From Calditrichia bacterium (GTDB lineage: Bacteria > Calditrichota > Calditrichia > RBG-13-44-9 > J075), in NCBI GenBank assembly GCA_050633245.1, contig JBOEGD010000032.1, positions 59,405 through 123,404 on the forward strand: DNA of 64,000 nt, written 5' to 3'. The translations under genes were made by a program, and so were the position numbers. The notes below the pieces were generated by a model that did not search any database, was not told where the DNA came from, and was given only the letters and a program-made list of their open reading frames with translations. Shown piece after piece: positions 10,300 through 20,720 of the stretch (the stretch's first letter is position 1; each line of letters begins with the position of its first letter).

Positions 10300-10743
10300 T
10301 TACTTAGCTAATTGTGCTTTCGCCATGGACACATTGCTGTTTAGGGGGTTTTCGTCAAAGCAGAACGGCGGGCATGGTAGAGCCATTTCAGCAAGCTCAC
10401 CGTGAATCATATCCCGGTTTTCTTTGTCGACGCCAACGAGAACTAAAACATTCTCGCCGTCAGCATTTAGTCCGTGGTAATAGCGAAGACCCATTACACC
10501 ATCCTGGCTCATAATGCGATCAATGGCGGCACGTGCAAAAAAGCCACCCACCTTAGTTTCGCCCTCATCCATTTGAGAACGATAGCGAGCCGTAAACTCG
10601 GCTGCTTCATCGAGGCTTACAACATGTGTATCCTCGAAGGTAACCATCTTAGAATTATCTTCTGCACCCTCTGTCAGCGCCCACATCGTAACGCTGAAAA
10701 ACAGTACAGTAAGAATTGCTAATGTTATTTTTGTTGCTTTCAT
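10300..10743 (-). CDS. Small secreted protein with PCPPFC motif, unknown function
   Basis: Signal peptide (MKATKITLAILTVLFFSVTMWA), SLDEAAEFTARYR, GGFFARAAIDRIMSQDGVMGLRYYHG, LVLVGVD, PCPPFC; GGAGAGG RBS upstream on -. Confidence 0.85.
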   Translation of the reverse strand: MKATKITLAILTVLFFSVTMWALTEGAEDNSKMVTFEDTHVVSLDEAAEFTARYRSQMDEGETKVGGFFARAAIDRIMSQDGVMGLRYYHGLNADGENVLVLVGVDKENRDMIHGELAEMALPCPPFCFDENPLNSNVSMAKAQLAK

Positions 10744-11189
10744 GTGAACCTCTCCTTCGTGTCATAATAGACATCTAGGTGTTGAACGTAGTTCTCCCGC
10801 CCGGAAGAGAACCTCCGAATAGTACGTATCAGATTTTTTTCTGTCCACAGAAAGTCGGGTGTTCGATAGAGAGGTGTGGTGTCGACTTTCTCACAAAATT
10901 CTTTTAATACCCAAACTCAGTAATAATGTGTGCAATTTGAACATATAAATCAATAACTATGAATAAATATTCATTTTTCCAAATTGGTAAATAATGCCTT
11001 ATGTAGCTTCCTTGCGTACATAATTATCTATTGGTAAAGAAGCTACATCGATTTCAGCGCTGGCAGCACCTAGAGAGAAAGAATGCGAAGATGAGTAAAG
11101 CTAGTGTGTATACTTATATGAAACGCTGTTTACTTCTTATCTAAAGATTATAAGAAAAGTTCCACAATTCTTAAAAAAAATGCAAGATA

Positions 11190-11229
11190 TTTTTTGCCGA
11201 CTGACGTTATTTTATCAGCCGGCAAAAAA
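11190..11229. terminator. Bidirectional-type terminator downstream of the ALDH gene
   Basis: ttttttgccgactga...tcagccggcaaaaaa. Confidence 0.7.
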
Positions 11230-11236
11230 CCGTCAT

Positions 11237-12769
11237 CTAAATATCAAATTTAATGCCCTGAGCGAGTGGTAAGGAATGTCCATAATTAATGGTGTTGGTT
11301 TGACGACGCATATACGCTTTCCAAGCGTCTGAACCAGATTCTCGTCCACCACCTGTTTCTTTCTCACCACCGAATGCACCACCAATCTCAGCACCCGACG
11401 TACCGATGTTTACGTTGGCAATCCCACAATCCGAACCGGCCTGGGAGAGGAACATTTCGCTTTCCTGAATGCTATCAGTGAAAATCGCGGAAGAGAGTCC
11501 CTGGGTTACATCGTTTTGCAAAGCAATCGCGTTTTCAATGCCGCCAGTATATTTCATCAGGTATAGAATAGGAGCAAATGTCTCTTCTTTGACAATTTTA
11601 AAGTCTGGTTCAGCTTCAACAATTGCGGGTCTTACATAGCAACCAGATTCAAATCCTGCGCCTTCCAATACTTCATTACCACAGGCAATTGTAGCGCCTT
11701 CCTTCTGAGCATGCTCTAGTGCTTTTTTATAGGCCATAACAGCATGTGTATCGATAAGCGGACCAACGTGATTATTTTCATCAAGCGGTGAACCAATTCT
11801 AAGGCTGGAATACGCCTTAACCAGAGAGTCTTTTAAGCGATCGTACATCGACTCGTGAATAAATAGTCTGCGTGTGCTGGTACAGCGCTGTCCGGCGGTT
11901 CCGACTGCGCCAAAGACCACGGCGGGAATGGCCAGTTTCAGGTTTGCATTCGGAGAAATAATAATGGCATTGTTGCCACCAAGCTCAAGAATGCTTTTGC
12001 CAAAACGACGTGCCACGGTTTCACCGACATGCCTGCCAACGCGAATTGAACCAGTGAAGGAAATAAGCGGGACGCGCTTGTCATTAATCAGCGTTTCACC
12101 GATTGTGTCATTATCGCCGATCAATAGGGTGAATACGCCTTCAGGGATATCGTTTTCTTTTAGGACATCCTGAAGAATATGCTGGCAGGCAATCGCAGTC
12201 AGCGGAACTTTTGGAGAAGGTTTCCAGAGGTTTACATTACCACATACGGCAGAAATCATGGCATTCCAGGCCCAAACAGCTACCGGGAAATTGAATGCGG
12301 TAATAGTACCGCAAATTCCAAGCGGATGATACTGCTCATACATGCGGTGGCTCGGGCGTTCCGAGTGCATGGAAAGACCGTATAGCTGGCGTGATTGCCC
12401 AACAGCAAAGTCGCATATGTCGATCATTTCCTGTACTTCGCCGAGACCTTCCTGAAGCGATTTCCCCATTTCGTAGGATACCAGTTCGCCCAGAGGCTGT
12501 TTGAAGTGGCGAAGGCGCTCACCTATTTGGCGAACAATTTCACCACGCAACGGAGCGGGGATATTCCTCCAGTGTAAAAATGCTTCCTGAGACTTGGCAA
12601 TAACTGTTTCGTAATCGCTCGCGGATGCCTTGTAAACAGAGGCGATTTGTTTTCCGTCTACGGGAGAAGTAACAACAAATTCACCCTCAGATGTGGTCTC
12701 GAGCCAGTTGAGACCGGTAGAGGCGCCAAAATTCTTTTCTTTTAATCCGAGTTCCTGTAAAATCTTCAT
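11237..12769 (-). CDS. Aldehyde dehydrogenase family 7 (piperideine-6-carboxylate / alpha-aminoadipic semialdehyde dehydrogenase-like)
   Basis: [67 protein letters not shown]. Confidence 0.92.
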   Translation of the reverse strand: MKILQELGLKEKNFGASTGLNWLETTSEGEFVVTSPVDGKQIASVYKASASDYETVIAKSQEAFLHWRNIPAPLRGEIVRQIGERLRHFKQPLGELVSYEMGKSLQEGLGEVQEMIDICDFAVGQSRQLYGLSMHSERPSHRMYEQYHPLGICGTITAFNFPVAVWAWNAMISAVCGNVNLWKPSPKVPLTAIACQHILQDVLKENDIPEGVFTLLIGDNDTIGETLINDKRVPLISFTGSIRVGRHVGETVARRFGKSILELGGNNAIIISPNANLKLAIPAVVFGAVGTAGQRCTSTRRLFIHESMYDRLKDSLVKAYSSLRIGSPLDENNHVGPLIDTHAVMAYKKALEHAQKEGATIACGNEVLEGAGFESGCYVRPAIVEAEPDFKIVKEETFAPILYLMKYTGGIENAIALQNDVTQGLSSAIFTDSIQESEMFLSQAGSDCGIANVNIGTSGAEIGGAFGGEKETGGGRESGSDAWKAYMRRQTNTINYGHSLPLAQGIKFDI

Positions 12770-12960
12770 GCAGGTTCTTCCTTTATCAATATTGTTTTGA
12801 ATGACTTTGTATTTACTAACGGCTGGTAATATAAGAAATAAATTATCTGTGTTGAACCAGATTATGAAGTTGGTTTAAAGGTTATAATTAGACTACTTTG
12901 TGAGAAGCAGGAAGTGAGTGTTATTTTATGTACGATGCGGATTAAGGAAGGACATTTGAC

Positions 12961-14394
12961 ATGACAGATAAGCCGAAAAAGATGTGGAGCGGTAGGTTTT
13001 CGGAGGAAACGAATTCGTTAATGGAAGTTTTTAGCCGTTCTGTTGAGTTAGATAAACGTATGTGGCGTGATGATATTGCCGGGAATCGCGCGTGGGCAGA
13101 GGCATTAATGAATGCTGGCATCTTTACGGCCCAGGAGTTCGAGCAGGTAGATTCTGCTCTTCAAGTAATTGCAAAAGAATTTGCTCAGGAACGTTTTCAG
13201 TTTGAATTGGCGGATGAAGATATTCATATGGCTGTTGAGCGTCGTTTGACCGAGCTTACCGGAGCAATCGGTGCTCGCATACACAGTGGACGAAGTCGCA
13301 ACGATCAGGTTATGACGGATGCCCAGCTCTATCTGAAGCGTGCGGTTGGAGAATGGGTATCTGCACTAACAGAGCTTCAACAGGTACTATTGAATACGGC
13401 CAAATTGAATGAGGATGCTATTTTACCGGGATATACCCATTGGCAGCAGGCTCAACCGATTTTATTATCCCATTACCTTCTCGCTGTTTTCTGGGGAATT
13501 TATACCACAGTCGATCGGCTAAATGACTATTATGCCAGGCTCGACATCCTGCCTTTAGGCAGCGGTGCGCTTGCCGGCAGCGGAATCCCGGTCAACCGCA
13601 AGGCGTTGGCGAAACGCCTTAACTTTGCTAAAATTTCTCCAAATTCGCTCTATGCCACCGGAAGCCGCGAGGTCTTTGCCGAGCTGCTGTTTATTTGCGG
13701 TGGCTTCTTTACGCACATAAGTCGTGTTTCAGCGGAGCTGCAAATATGGAATACCAACGAGTTTGGCTTTGTTACCTTCTCCGATGCATTTACCACCGGA
13801 AGTAGCATGATGCCTCAGAAGAAAAATCCGGACTCGCTGGAACTGTTGCGTGGGCGTAGTGCTGCTGCAATCAGTGCAGCGAATCAACTTCAAATACTGC
13901 AGCGCGGCCTTCCGATGACCTACAATCGCGATCTCCAGGAAGATAAGCGGGTAACATTTGAACAACTAGACTCCGCAATTCTGTGCACGAAGGTTTTGGC
14001 AGGGACGATAGAGGGCGCAAGCTTTAATGAGGAACGTATGATAGAGGCGTGTGATAGTCTTCTCCTGGCCACCGACTTAGCTGACTACTTAGTTCGCCGC
14101 GGGACGCCGTTTAGACATGCCCACGATATAGTCGGCAATATTGTAGCAGAAGCAATTCGCCGCGATTGCGCTTTGGAAGATTTGTCTTTGGAAGACTTAA
14201 ATGGCTTTTCAGACCAGTTTGAAAAAGATGTTTATACTGCACTCGATTTACGCAAGAGCTTACAAAACCGCAATATTGACGGGGGAACCGGGCCAAAGGC
14301 TGTGCAGCGCCAGATTCGACTTGCCGAAAAGGCTGTTGCCAGGATGAAGAAGCATCCGTTTCTGGCCAGAAAAAATGGCGAGCAACGAATATAA
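12961..14394 (+). CDS. argH: Argininosuccinate lyase
   Basis: MWSGRF, EDIH, HSGRSRNDQV, PGYTHWQQAQP, GSSMMPQKKNPD signature. Confidence 0.96.
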   Translation: MTDKPKKMWSGRFSEETNSLMEVFSRSVELDKRMWRDDIAGNRAWAEALMNAGIFTAQEFEQVDSALQVIAKEFAQERFQFELADEDIHMAVERRLTELTGAIGARIHSGRSRNDQVMTDAQLYLKRAVGEWVSALTELQQVLLNTAKLNEDAILPGYTHWQQAQPILLSHYLLAVFWGIYTTVDRLNDYYARLDILPLGSGALAGSGIPVNRKALAKRLNFAKISPNSLYATGSREVFAELLFICGGFFTHISRVSAELQIWNTNEFGFVTFSDAFTTGSSMMPQKKNPDSLELLRGRSAAAISAANQLQILQRGLPMTYNRDLQEDKRVTFEQLDSAILCTKVLAGTIEGASFNEERMIEACDSLLLATDLADYLVRRGTPFRHAHDIVGNIVAEAIRRDCALEDLSLEDLNGFSDQFEKDVYTALDLRKSLQNRNIDGGTGPKAVQRQIRLAEKAVARMKKHPFLARKNGEQRI

Positions 14395-14403
14395 AGTCAG
14401 GAC

Positions 14404-15876
14404 TTACTCTTTGACGGTTTGTAGAATCCAGTCGCGAACCAGCTTCATTGCCGAAGGAGAAAAGGTTTCGCTAATTGCTCCGTATTCGGATGGGGCTCCT
14501 GATATTGCATTCTGAAACAAGTGATTTAACCCCTCAAGCTCTTTTACCGTTGTTCTTTTATTGCCAGCTTTTTGCAGAGCTGCACGAATGGCGTTCAGAT
14601 TTACTTGAGGGGGCACTTGTAAGTCTTTCGAGCCGATAATCGCCAAAACCGGACAGCGCACCCTTTGCCAGTCCGTTGCCGGGTCGTGCTGAAGAAAAAA
14701 GCGAAACCACGGTGAAGTTAATTGAGATGCATTAAGAGCAATATTGGCATCGATATCACCGTTTTGGCTGAACTCTTTTTTCTCTTCGTCGTTAAGCGAT
14801 GCGAAAAAAGAGTTGAAGTGGGAGCGTATTTTTTGCTTAGCAATTGTGTTGTCAGGTTCGTCTTTTACAATTTGAAATAGATTTTCTTGCAGGTCGCGAT
14901 TCCACGCTATTAGTTTGGCACTGCCACCATGTGCTTTGAGGATCAGCGCTGTCTGTTGCTTAATAATCTCATCGCCACGAATACCGCTACCCGCAAGTGA
15001 AATAATGAACGGAACGTTGGGATTCTCTGCAGCGAGCATTGCAGCAATGTAGCCACCTTCACTATGTCCGATAAACCCAATTGCAGTGGTATCAATATTA
15101 ACTTGCTTTTTCAACCAATCCCGGCCTGCAAGGGCATCTGTAGCAAAGTCTCTGGAGTCGGCAGAATTAAATGCGCCGGTAGATTTTGCAAATCCACGGT
15201 CATCGTAGCGTAAAACGGCAATGCCATTGCGAGTCAAATAATCACTTAAGATCAGATATGGGCGGTGATTTAACAATTCCCCATCGCGGTTTTGTTGACC
15301 GGAACCACTGATAATGATAACCGCTGGAAATGGACCCGAGCCATTCGGAATACTTAATGTGCCTGCGAGGGTAATTTGGGAAGTCTTATTTTCGAAGCTA
15401 ATGTCTTTACTTACATAAGGGAAGGGAGCTTTGGGGTCTTGTGGTCTTCCGCTTGGCTGTTGTTCTTCCAGCCGGATCATCGACATGTCTAATCTGGCAC
15501 CGCCCTGGCTCCAAATGCCGTCCAAGCGCCCATTCTCTTGAAATTTGGCACGATATAAACCGCCTATGGAAGCAAAGCGAATTTCTAAGTCTTTGTTGCC
15601 ATAGGTAATGCTGCTTGCCGGAATTCCAGCTGCACCCTGATCGGGGCTATCCATCGTGCTGAATAACTGTCCTTTATCATTGCGCTGAATGTGCAGGATG
15701 AGCCGCAATTCACTCCTCGAGTTCGGCATTTCAAGTTTGCCCGTCCAGTCGCCAACGATTTCGTCTCCTGCTTCACTTGCCGCAATCAGGGGACTACCCA
15801 GAAGTAGAACGAACAGGGCGATACAAAACCTGTTCGTCATGGAAACCGTTCGAAACTGACATGATGGGGAAAACAT
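14404..15876 (-). CDS. Secreted alpha/beta-fold hydrolase with N-terminal beta-rich domain
   Basis: Signal peptide; SGSGQQNRD, LRYDDRG, nucleophile GHSEG, KDLQV, LNHLFQ triad motifs. Confidence 0.88.
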   Translation of the reverse strand: MFSPSCQFRTVSMTNRFCIALFVLLLGSPLIAASEAGDEIVGDWTGKLEMPNSRSELRLILHIQRNDKGQLFSTMDSPDQGAAGIPASSITYGNKDLEIRFASIGGLYRAKFQENGRLDGIWSQGGARLDMSMIRLEEQQPSGRPQDPKAPFPYVSKDISFENKTSQITLAGTLSIPNGSGPFPAVIIISGSGQQNRDGELLNHRPYLILSDYLTRNGIAVLRYDDRGFAKSTGAFNSADSRDFATDALAGRDWLKKQVNIDTTAIGFIGHSEGGYIAAMLAAENPNVPFIISLAGSGIRGDEIIKQQTALILKAHGGSAKLIAWNRDLQENLFQIVKDEPDNTIAKQKIRSHFNSFFASLNDEEKKEFSQNGDIDANIALNASQLTSPWFRFFLQHDPATDWQRVRCPVLAIIGSKDLQVPPQVNLNAIRAALQKAGNKRTTVKELEGLNHLFQNAISGAPSEYGAISETFSPSAMKLVRDWILQTVKE

Positions 15877-15979
15877 GAAGTACTCCTGTAAATAGTGTTC
15901 TATCTATATTACACGGTTACGAGTAAAATATTCATTTGTTATTAAAAATTTATCGGTGAACGGTGAGCGCTGCCCGCCT

Positions 15980-17245
15980 TCAGGCTCGTAGCATTCTCCA
16001 AAGATCAACGACACCTGGCTTTTTCCCTGTCATTAAAATACCAACACGATAAAGTTTTCCGGCAACCCGCAAGCTGGCATACATGGTAATAATATTAATA
16101 CCTGTTGTCGTAAGAAGCTGCCACCAGGGAACATCAATCAGAGTCATTCGAGCCGGCATTATGATCAGCGAAGAAAAAGGAAGTAGTGAAAAGGTGGTTG
16201 CTATGGAGTTTGCCGGGTTTTTGATCATTGTAAAAGTAAGATAAAATGATAGAGTAACCACTAGCATAACCGGGATAAGAACGCGTTGAGCATCCTTTGC
16301 GGAATCGAATACCGCTCCGGCAGCAGCATAAATCCCAAGAAACGTAATTAGACCAATACTGTAGTTGATTAGAAAATAGACAATTTGCACGGCATTGATT
16401 TGCAGATTTATATCTGCATATTGTTGAATGAACTGCAACGACCCGAAACCGACAAAGGCAATAGGCGCGGCCCAAACCAAAACCTGAAGTAAGCCGGCAA
16501 TGAGCGTTCCCAGTATTTTGCCGCTCATTAGCTCTTGTGGTTGAACAGATGCCAACAAGACTTCAACCAGGCGGTTCTCTTTTTCCTCCGTAATTGTTGA
16601 AAAGATAGAGGAGCCGATTGTCAGCAAACTCGAATAGAGCATAAAGGTAAGAATATAGGCAATAGCTAAATTGCTATATCCTGCTTCCTCCTGCCCGTCG
16701 GCAGATATCTTTATTTTATCAAATGATACAAACTGCTTCGCATAAGCAAGGTCTTTTAAATGGACCGGGCTTTCTGAAAAATATGCTTCTACCAGAACGT
16801 CATCAATTACGCGTCGGAACTTCTCTAATAGCTGCAAGTTCACAGGATTTGCAGAATAGTATTCCAGCGTTTTGGTTGTTTTGGCAGAATCAGGAATAAA
16901 CAGTACCCCGGTTGTGATACCCTCTCGCAGCGATTCATGCATCTTCCCCAAATAATCCTGAAAACTGTTTCGGGACATGGTGATAAATGTGGTATTTAGT
17001 TCTGCGCCAAGCTTATCGGACATTGCCTCAATACGGGTTGAGAGCTGGTCGTTGATAAACGGACTTTCTTCAACAATAACAAGGTTGGTATCGCGATCTT
17101 CTTCATAAAGAACCAGAAAAAACTGAAATCCTATAAAAACGATATATAGAATAGGAATGATAAGCGTGCTTAGAATAAATGACCAGGTAAGTACCTGCGA
17201 TTTCAATTCGCGTTTGAGAATGGCTTTCGTACGAAAGTTAATCAT
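15980..17245 (-). CDS. ABC-2 type exporter permease (NatB/YhaP-like)
   Basis: TM1, large loop, EEKENRLVEVLLASV..ELMSGK motif, five C-terminal TMs; ATG at 17245 with GGAGG RBS overlapping the ATPase stop. Confidence 0.88.
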   Translation of the reverse strand: MINFRTKAILKRELKSQVLTWSFILSTLIIPILYIVFIGFQFFLVLYEEDRDTNLVIVEESPFINDQLSTRIEAMSDKLGAELNTTFITMSRNSFQDYLGKMHESLREGITTGVLFIPDSAKTTKTLEYYSANPVNLQLLEKFRRVIDDVLVEAYFSESPVHLKDLAYAKQFVSFDKIKISADGQEEAGYSNLAIAYILTFMLYSSLLTIGSSIFSTITEEKENRLVEVLLASVQPQELMSGKILGTLIAGLLQVLVWAAPIAFVGFGSLQFIQQYADINLQINAVQIVYFLINYSIGLITFLGIYAAAGAVFDSAKDAQRVLIPVMLVVTLSFYLTFTMIKNPANSIATTFSLLPFSSLIIMPARMTLIDVPWWQLLTTTGINIITMYASLRVAGKLYRVGILMTGKKPGVVDLWRMLRA

Positions 17246-18155
17246 GGCTTTCCTCCGCAACATCACCGGCAACGCGCATAAACATTTCCTGCAAGGAGAT
17301 ATCATCTGCATCAAAACACGTTACCTGCAAACCGGCGTTTAGCATGCCTTGCAGAATGTCTTGCAAGTGTTCTGGGGCAGCAACTTTAAGGTCGACATTA
17401 TTACCGAAGGTCTCAATTTGCTTTACAAGGGGATGTGTTTTAAGAAAGTCCGTTGCTCCATCAGCGACAATTCGTGCGCTGTTTGCACCAAAGCGCCGCT
17501 TAAGCTCACTTAGATTTCCACTAAGAACCATTTCTCCATGATTCATAATTGCGATGTGATCGCATAGCTTTTCCGCAAAATCCATGAGATGGGTCGAAAG
17601 TAGAAGAACCTTCCCTTCATTGCGCAATTCAAGAATCAGATCTTTAAGAAGATGAATGTTGATCGGATCGAGTCCGGTAAAGGGCTCGTCGAGAATGATA
17701 AAGTCCGGGTTTGCAAGAATAGAAATGATAAACTGAATCTTTTGTTGGTTGCCCTTGGAAAGCTCATCCATTCGGGAGTTCGCACGATCTGCCAGATCGA
17801 AGCGCTTAAGAAAGTCCATAGCGCGGTCACGAATACCTGCTGGCTTAAGGCCTTTAATTTCTGCGAAAAAAAGCAGAGTCTCCAGCACCTTCATCTTCTT
17901 GTACAGGCCGCGTTCTTCCGGCAGGTAGCTGACGCGGTCGCGGAATTCTTGCCCCACGGGATTGCCGCGAAAAATTATCTCTCCGCTATCGGGGAGGTAA
18001 AGCCGCATAATCAGCCGAATAACGCTGGTTTTACCGGCGCCATTTCTGCCTAGCAGTCCAAATACAGCTCCTTCCGGAATTGCAAAAGAGACGTCTTTAA
18101 CGGCTGCTACTGTGCCAAATGATTTATAGAGGTGACGCACTTCCAGAGCGTTCAT
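17238..18155 (-). CDS. ABC exporter ATP-binding subunit (NatA/YhaQ-like)
   Basis: GRNGAGKT, LSKGNQQK, ILDEPF, STH. Confidence 0.93.
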   Translation of the reverse strand: MNALEVRHLYKSFGTVAAVKDVSFAIPEGAVFGLLGRNGAGKTSVIRLIMRLYLPDSGEIIFRGNPVGQEFRDRVSYLPEERGLYKKMKVLETLLFFAEIKGLKPAGIRDRAMDFLKRFDLADRANSRMDELSKGNQQKIQFIISILANPDFIILDEPFTGLDPINIHLLKDLILELRNEGKVLLLSTHLMDFAEKLCDHIAIMNHGEMVLSGNLSELKRRFGANSARIVADGATDFLKTHPLVKQIETFGNNVDLKVAAPEHLQDILQGMLNAGLQVTCFDADDISLQEMFMRVAGDVAEESHD

Positions 18156-18178
18156 AGGAATCCGTTTTAATAACCGAC

Positions 18179-19876
18179 TTATTCTACAACTGCCGGCAGG
18201 ATATAGTTCTGCAAAAGTTCAAAGGGTTTTCCCAGCTGCTTATTTCGGACGTCGCTGGAGAAGAAAATGATGACCATTTGATATTGAGGAATAATAAACA
18301 AATATTGCCCACCCATACCGGCAGCATAATGTAGCTTAACATTTTTGCTATTGTATGAAATATTTTTGCTCCACCAAAAATAGCCGTAGTCGCTCTGTGC
18401 ATCTGCTTCAAGGTCAATCTGCTTTTGCCAAATAGTTTCAATCCAGCTTGGCGGAACAAGCTGACTTCCATTGGCTCTTCCCTTATTTAGCAGCAAAACC
18501 CCAATTCTTGCAAGGTCGTGAGCAGACATGAACATGCCCGAGCCACCATCGGGATTCGCAAATGTATCATGCTCCCAGCGGGCGCTTTTTATTTTTAAAG
18601 GATCAAACAGTTTCTCTGCGGCAAATGTTTGCAGTGGCAGCCTGGTTGCTCTCTCGATGATAGATGCAAGCAGAACGCCGTTTCCACCGCAGTCGGACCA
18701 ATTACTGCCTGGTTTGTCTGCCAGTGGAACGCGCAGCATATAATCTGTCCAGTCTTTTTCGCGCAGCATTTTAGTGCGATTAGAAAAAGAAGTGCGTGAC
18801 CAGTCGTTGCATGCGAATCCACTACTCATTGTCATTAGCTGGTGTAGAGTAATTGCGGCATAGTCAGATTCTTCTGGAATGTCGAGATACGTGCTGATCG
18901 GTTCTTGGAGATCGTTAAGAATGCTGTCTGGTAGAGCAATCCCCGCTAGCAGTGATGTAATGCCACGTGAAATTCCGGAGAGAGCATGTGGTGTTTGGCT
19001 GGTGTAGCCATTATAGTAACGCTCTAATACCAGACGATTATTTTTTACAAGCATAATGCCATCCAAAAATGGAGCCGTGCCATCATTGAGTGCCTGCAGC
19101 AAGAGGGAAAGCTTGTTCGGGTAAAGACCGGTTTCTTCCGGAGAGGCTTTAGAAAACATCTGAGCATATTCATTTGGCAGAGGGAGGTCGCTTTTAATGG
19201 CTTTCCTGAACGTTGCGCGCGTTTGGTTCAGAAGATATACCGTCTTGCTGCTCCAGGCACCTTGCAAAATGCCGTTAGAATTTAACTCTCCAACAAAGCT
19301 TAACTGAAGACGCTCCGATTCAAAGCTTAGCTTATTACCGGAAATGGTAACGTTGTTCATGGGAATATTTTGCACTTCCAGGCCGGGGATATCAACTTTC
19401 CCTCTAACAGCCCCCCAAAAGGAGCGGTCCAGAGTAATGCGAATGCCCTGAGACTGCAGGGGGCGGGAGAAAAAGCCGGTAAAATCCCGTAATGTGCGGT
19501 CACCTTTGGTCGATTTTCTATAACGCATTTCCAAGGGGAAGGCGTTACGACCCTCGACAAATATGCCTTGAATCAAGGTTGTGTCTTCAGAGAGAACACC
19601 ATGATAATAAAGGCCCTTTTCCGGAAGTTCAAAGACCACGCTCTTATTCTCTAATTTGAGAGGAAATTCGTTGTCGTTTTTAATAAATACGGAAGCATTA
19701 TCTACCGGATTTTGAAAAGTTAGCTTTGCTGCATACGAGGTTTTCTCAGGAAAGATATGAATCGCATCGTACCATTGTCCCAGAAGCGGGTCTTCCTGTG
19801 GATTAGAATTTGAGCAGCTTCCCCAAAAAAGGCAAAATAACAGAATAGATAGTAGGGGGAATGAAAAATTGTTCAT
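18179..19876 (-). CDS. Lipoprotein with C-terminal beta-lactamase/serine-hydrolase-family domain, catalytic motifs degenerate
   Basis: Lipobox-like FWGSC; LVLERYY, ITLHQLMTMSSG, LFDPLKI, DLARIG, YGYFWW, AAGMGGQ; SxxK position reads GISR and YxN position reads DCG. Confidence 0.82.
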   Translation of the reverse strand: MNNFSFPLLSILLFCLFWGSCSNSNPQEDPLLGQWYDAIHIFPEKTSYAAKLTFQNPVDNASVFIKNDNEFPLKLENKSVVFELPEKGLYYHGVLSEDTTLIQGIFVEGRNAFPLEMRYRKSTKGDRTLRDFTGFFSRPLQSQGIRITLDRSFWGAVRGKVDIPGLEVQNIPMNNVTISGNKLSFESERLQLSFVGELNSNGILQGAWSSKTVYLLNQTRATFRKAIKSDLPLPNEYAQMFSKASPEETGLYPNKLSLLLQALNDGTAPFLDGIMLVKNNRLVLERYYNGYTSQTPHALSGISRGITSLLAGIALPDSILNDLQEPISTYLDIPEESDYAAITLHQLMTMSSGFACNDWSRTSFSNRTKMLREKDWTDYMLRVPLADKPGSNWSDCGGNGVLLASIIERATRLPLQTFAAEKLFDPLKIKSARWEHDTFANPDGGSGMFMSAHDLARIGVLLLNKGRANGSQLVPPSWIETIWQKQIDLEADAQSDYGYFWWSKNISYNSKNVKLHYAAGMGGQYLFIIPQYQMVIIFFSSDVRNKQLGKPFELLQNYILPAVVE

Positions 19877-19980
19877 AGAGCACTTCAGCCGTATATTGGA
19901 TACATGTTATTGGATTCGCAAAATAAAACTAAAAAGAGTGTGATTCCAGTAGCAAAAAATTCGGAGCAAAGGGAGAAGCA

Positions 19981-20676
19981 ATGAAAACAATTTTGATTAC
20001 AGGAGCCAATCGTGGTATCGGTCTTGAATTTACGAAACAATACTTAGAGCAGGGCGAACGGGTTTTTGCCGCTTGCCGTCGGCCAGATATGGCAACTGCA
20101 TTGCGCGAGCTGGAAGCACGGCATTTGGAGTTGACTATTGTTGAGTTGGATGTTCAACGAGATGTGGATATTGAAAAAGCCGTAAACACAATTGAGAAAT
20201 CGGGTTTGTCGCTTGATATGCTAATTAATAATGCCGGCATGATGCAGGAACATCAAAGTCTGGCAAAGCTTGACCGTGAAGCGTTGCAAACCACATTCGA
20301 CGTGAACTCTGTTTCTCCGATAATGATGGTGCACTATTGTTGGCCACTTCTGGCAAAAGCTACGAAGCCAATTGTTATTAATATATCTTCGCAGCGAGGT
20401 GCCATGGGATTACGGCAACCAAGCAATCGCATAGACTATTGCACCAGTAAAGCCGCGCTAAATATGGCGACAAAAATTTTCGCAGATGATTTACGGGAAA
20501 TAGGTGGAATTGCAATTGCCATGCATCCGGGATGGGTGCAAACAGATATGGGCGGGCCCAATGGTGACCTTACGCCTGAAATCTCAGTGCGTGAGATGCG
20601 TGAGTTTCTTGCAGCTCTTTCACACGAACATAATGGTGGCTTCTATCGTTGGGATGGCAAAGAACACGTCTGGTAA
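19981..20676 (+). CDS. Short-chain dehydrogenase/reductase (CsgA/C-factor-like)
   Basis: TGANRGIG, LINNAG, YCTSK, HPGWVQTDMGG. Confidence 0.92.
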   Translation: MKTILITGANRGIGLEFTKQYLEQGERVFAACRRPDMATALRELEARHLELTIVELDVQRDVDIEKAVNTIEKSGLSLDMLINNAGMMQEHQSLAKLDREALQTTFDVNSVSPIMMVHYCWPLLAKATKPIVINISSQRGAMGLRQPSNRIDYCTSKAALNMATKIFADDLREIGGIAIAMHPGWVQTDMGGPNGDLTPEISVREMREFLAALSHEHNGGFYRWDGKEHVW

Positions 20677-20720
20677 AGACAGGTGTCAGGTATCAGGAAT
20701 TATTAAGATATAGGAATGTT

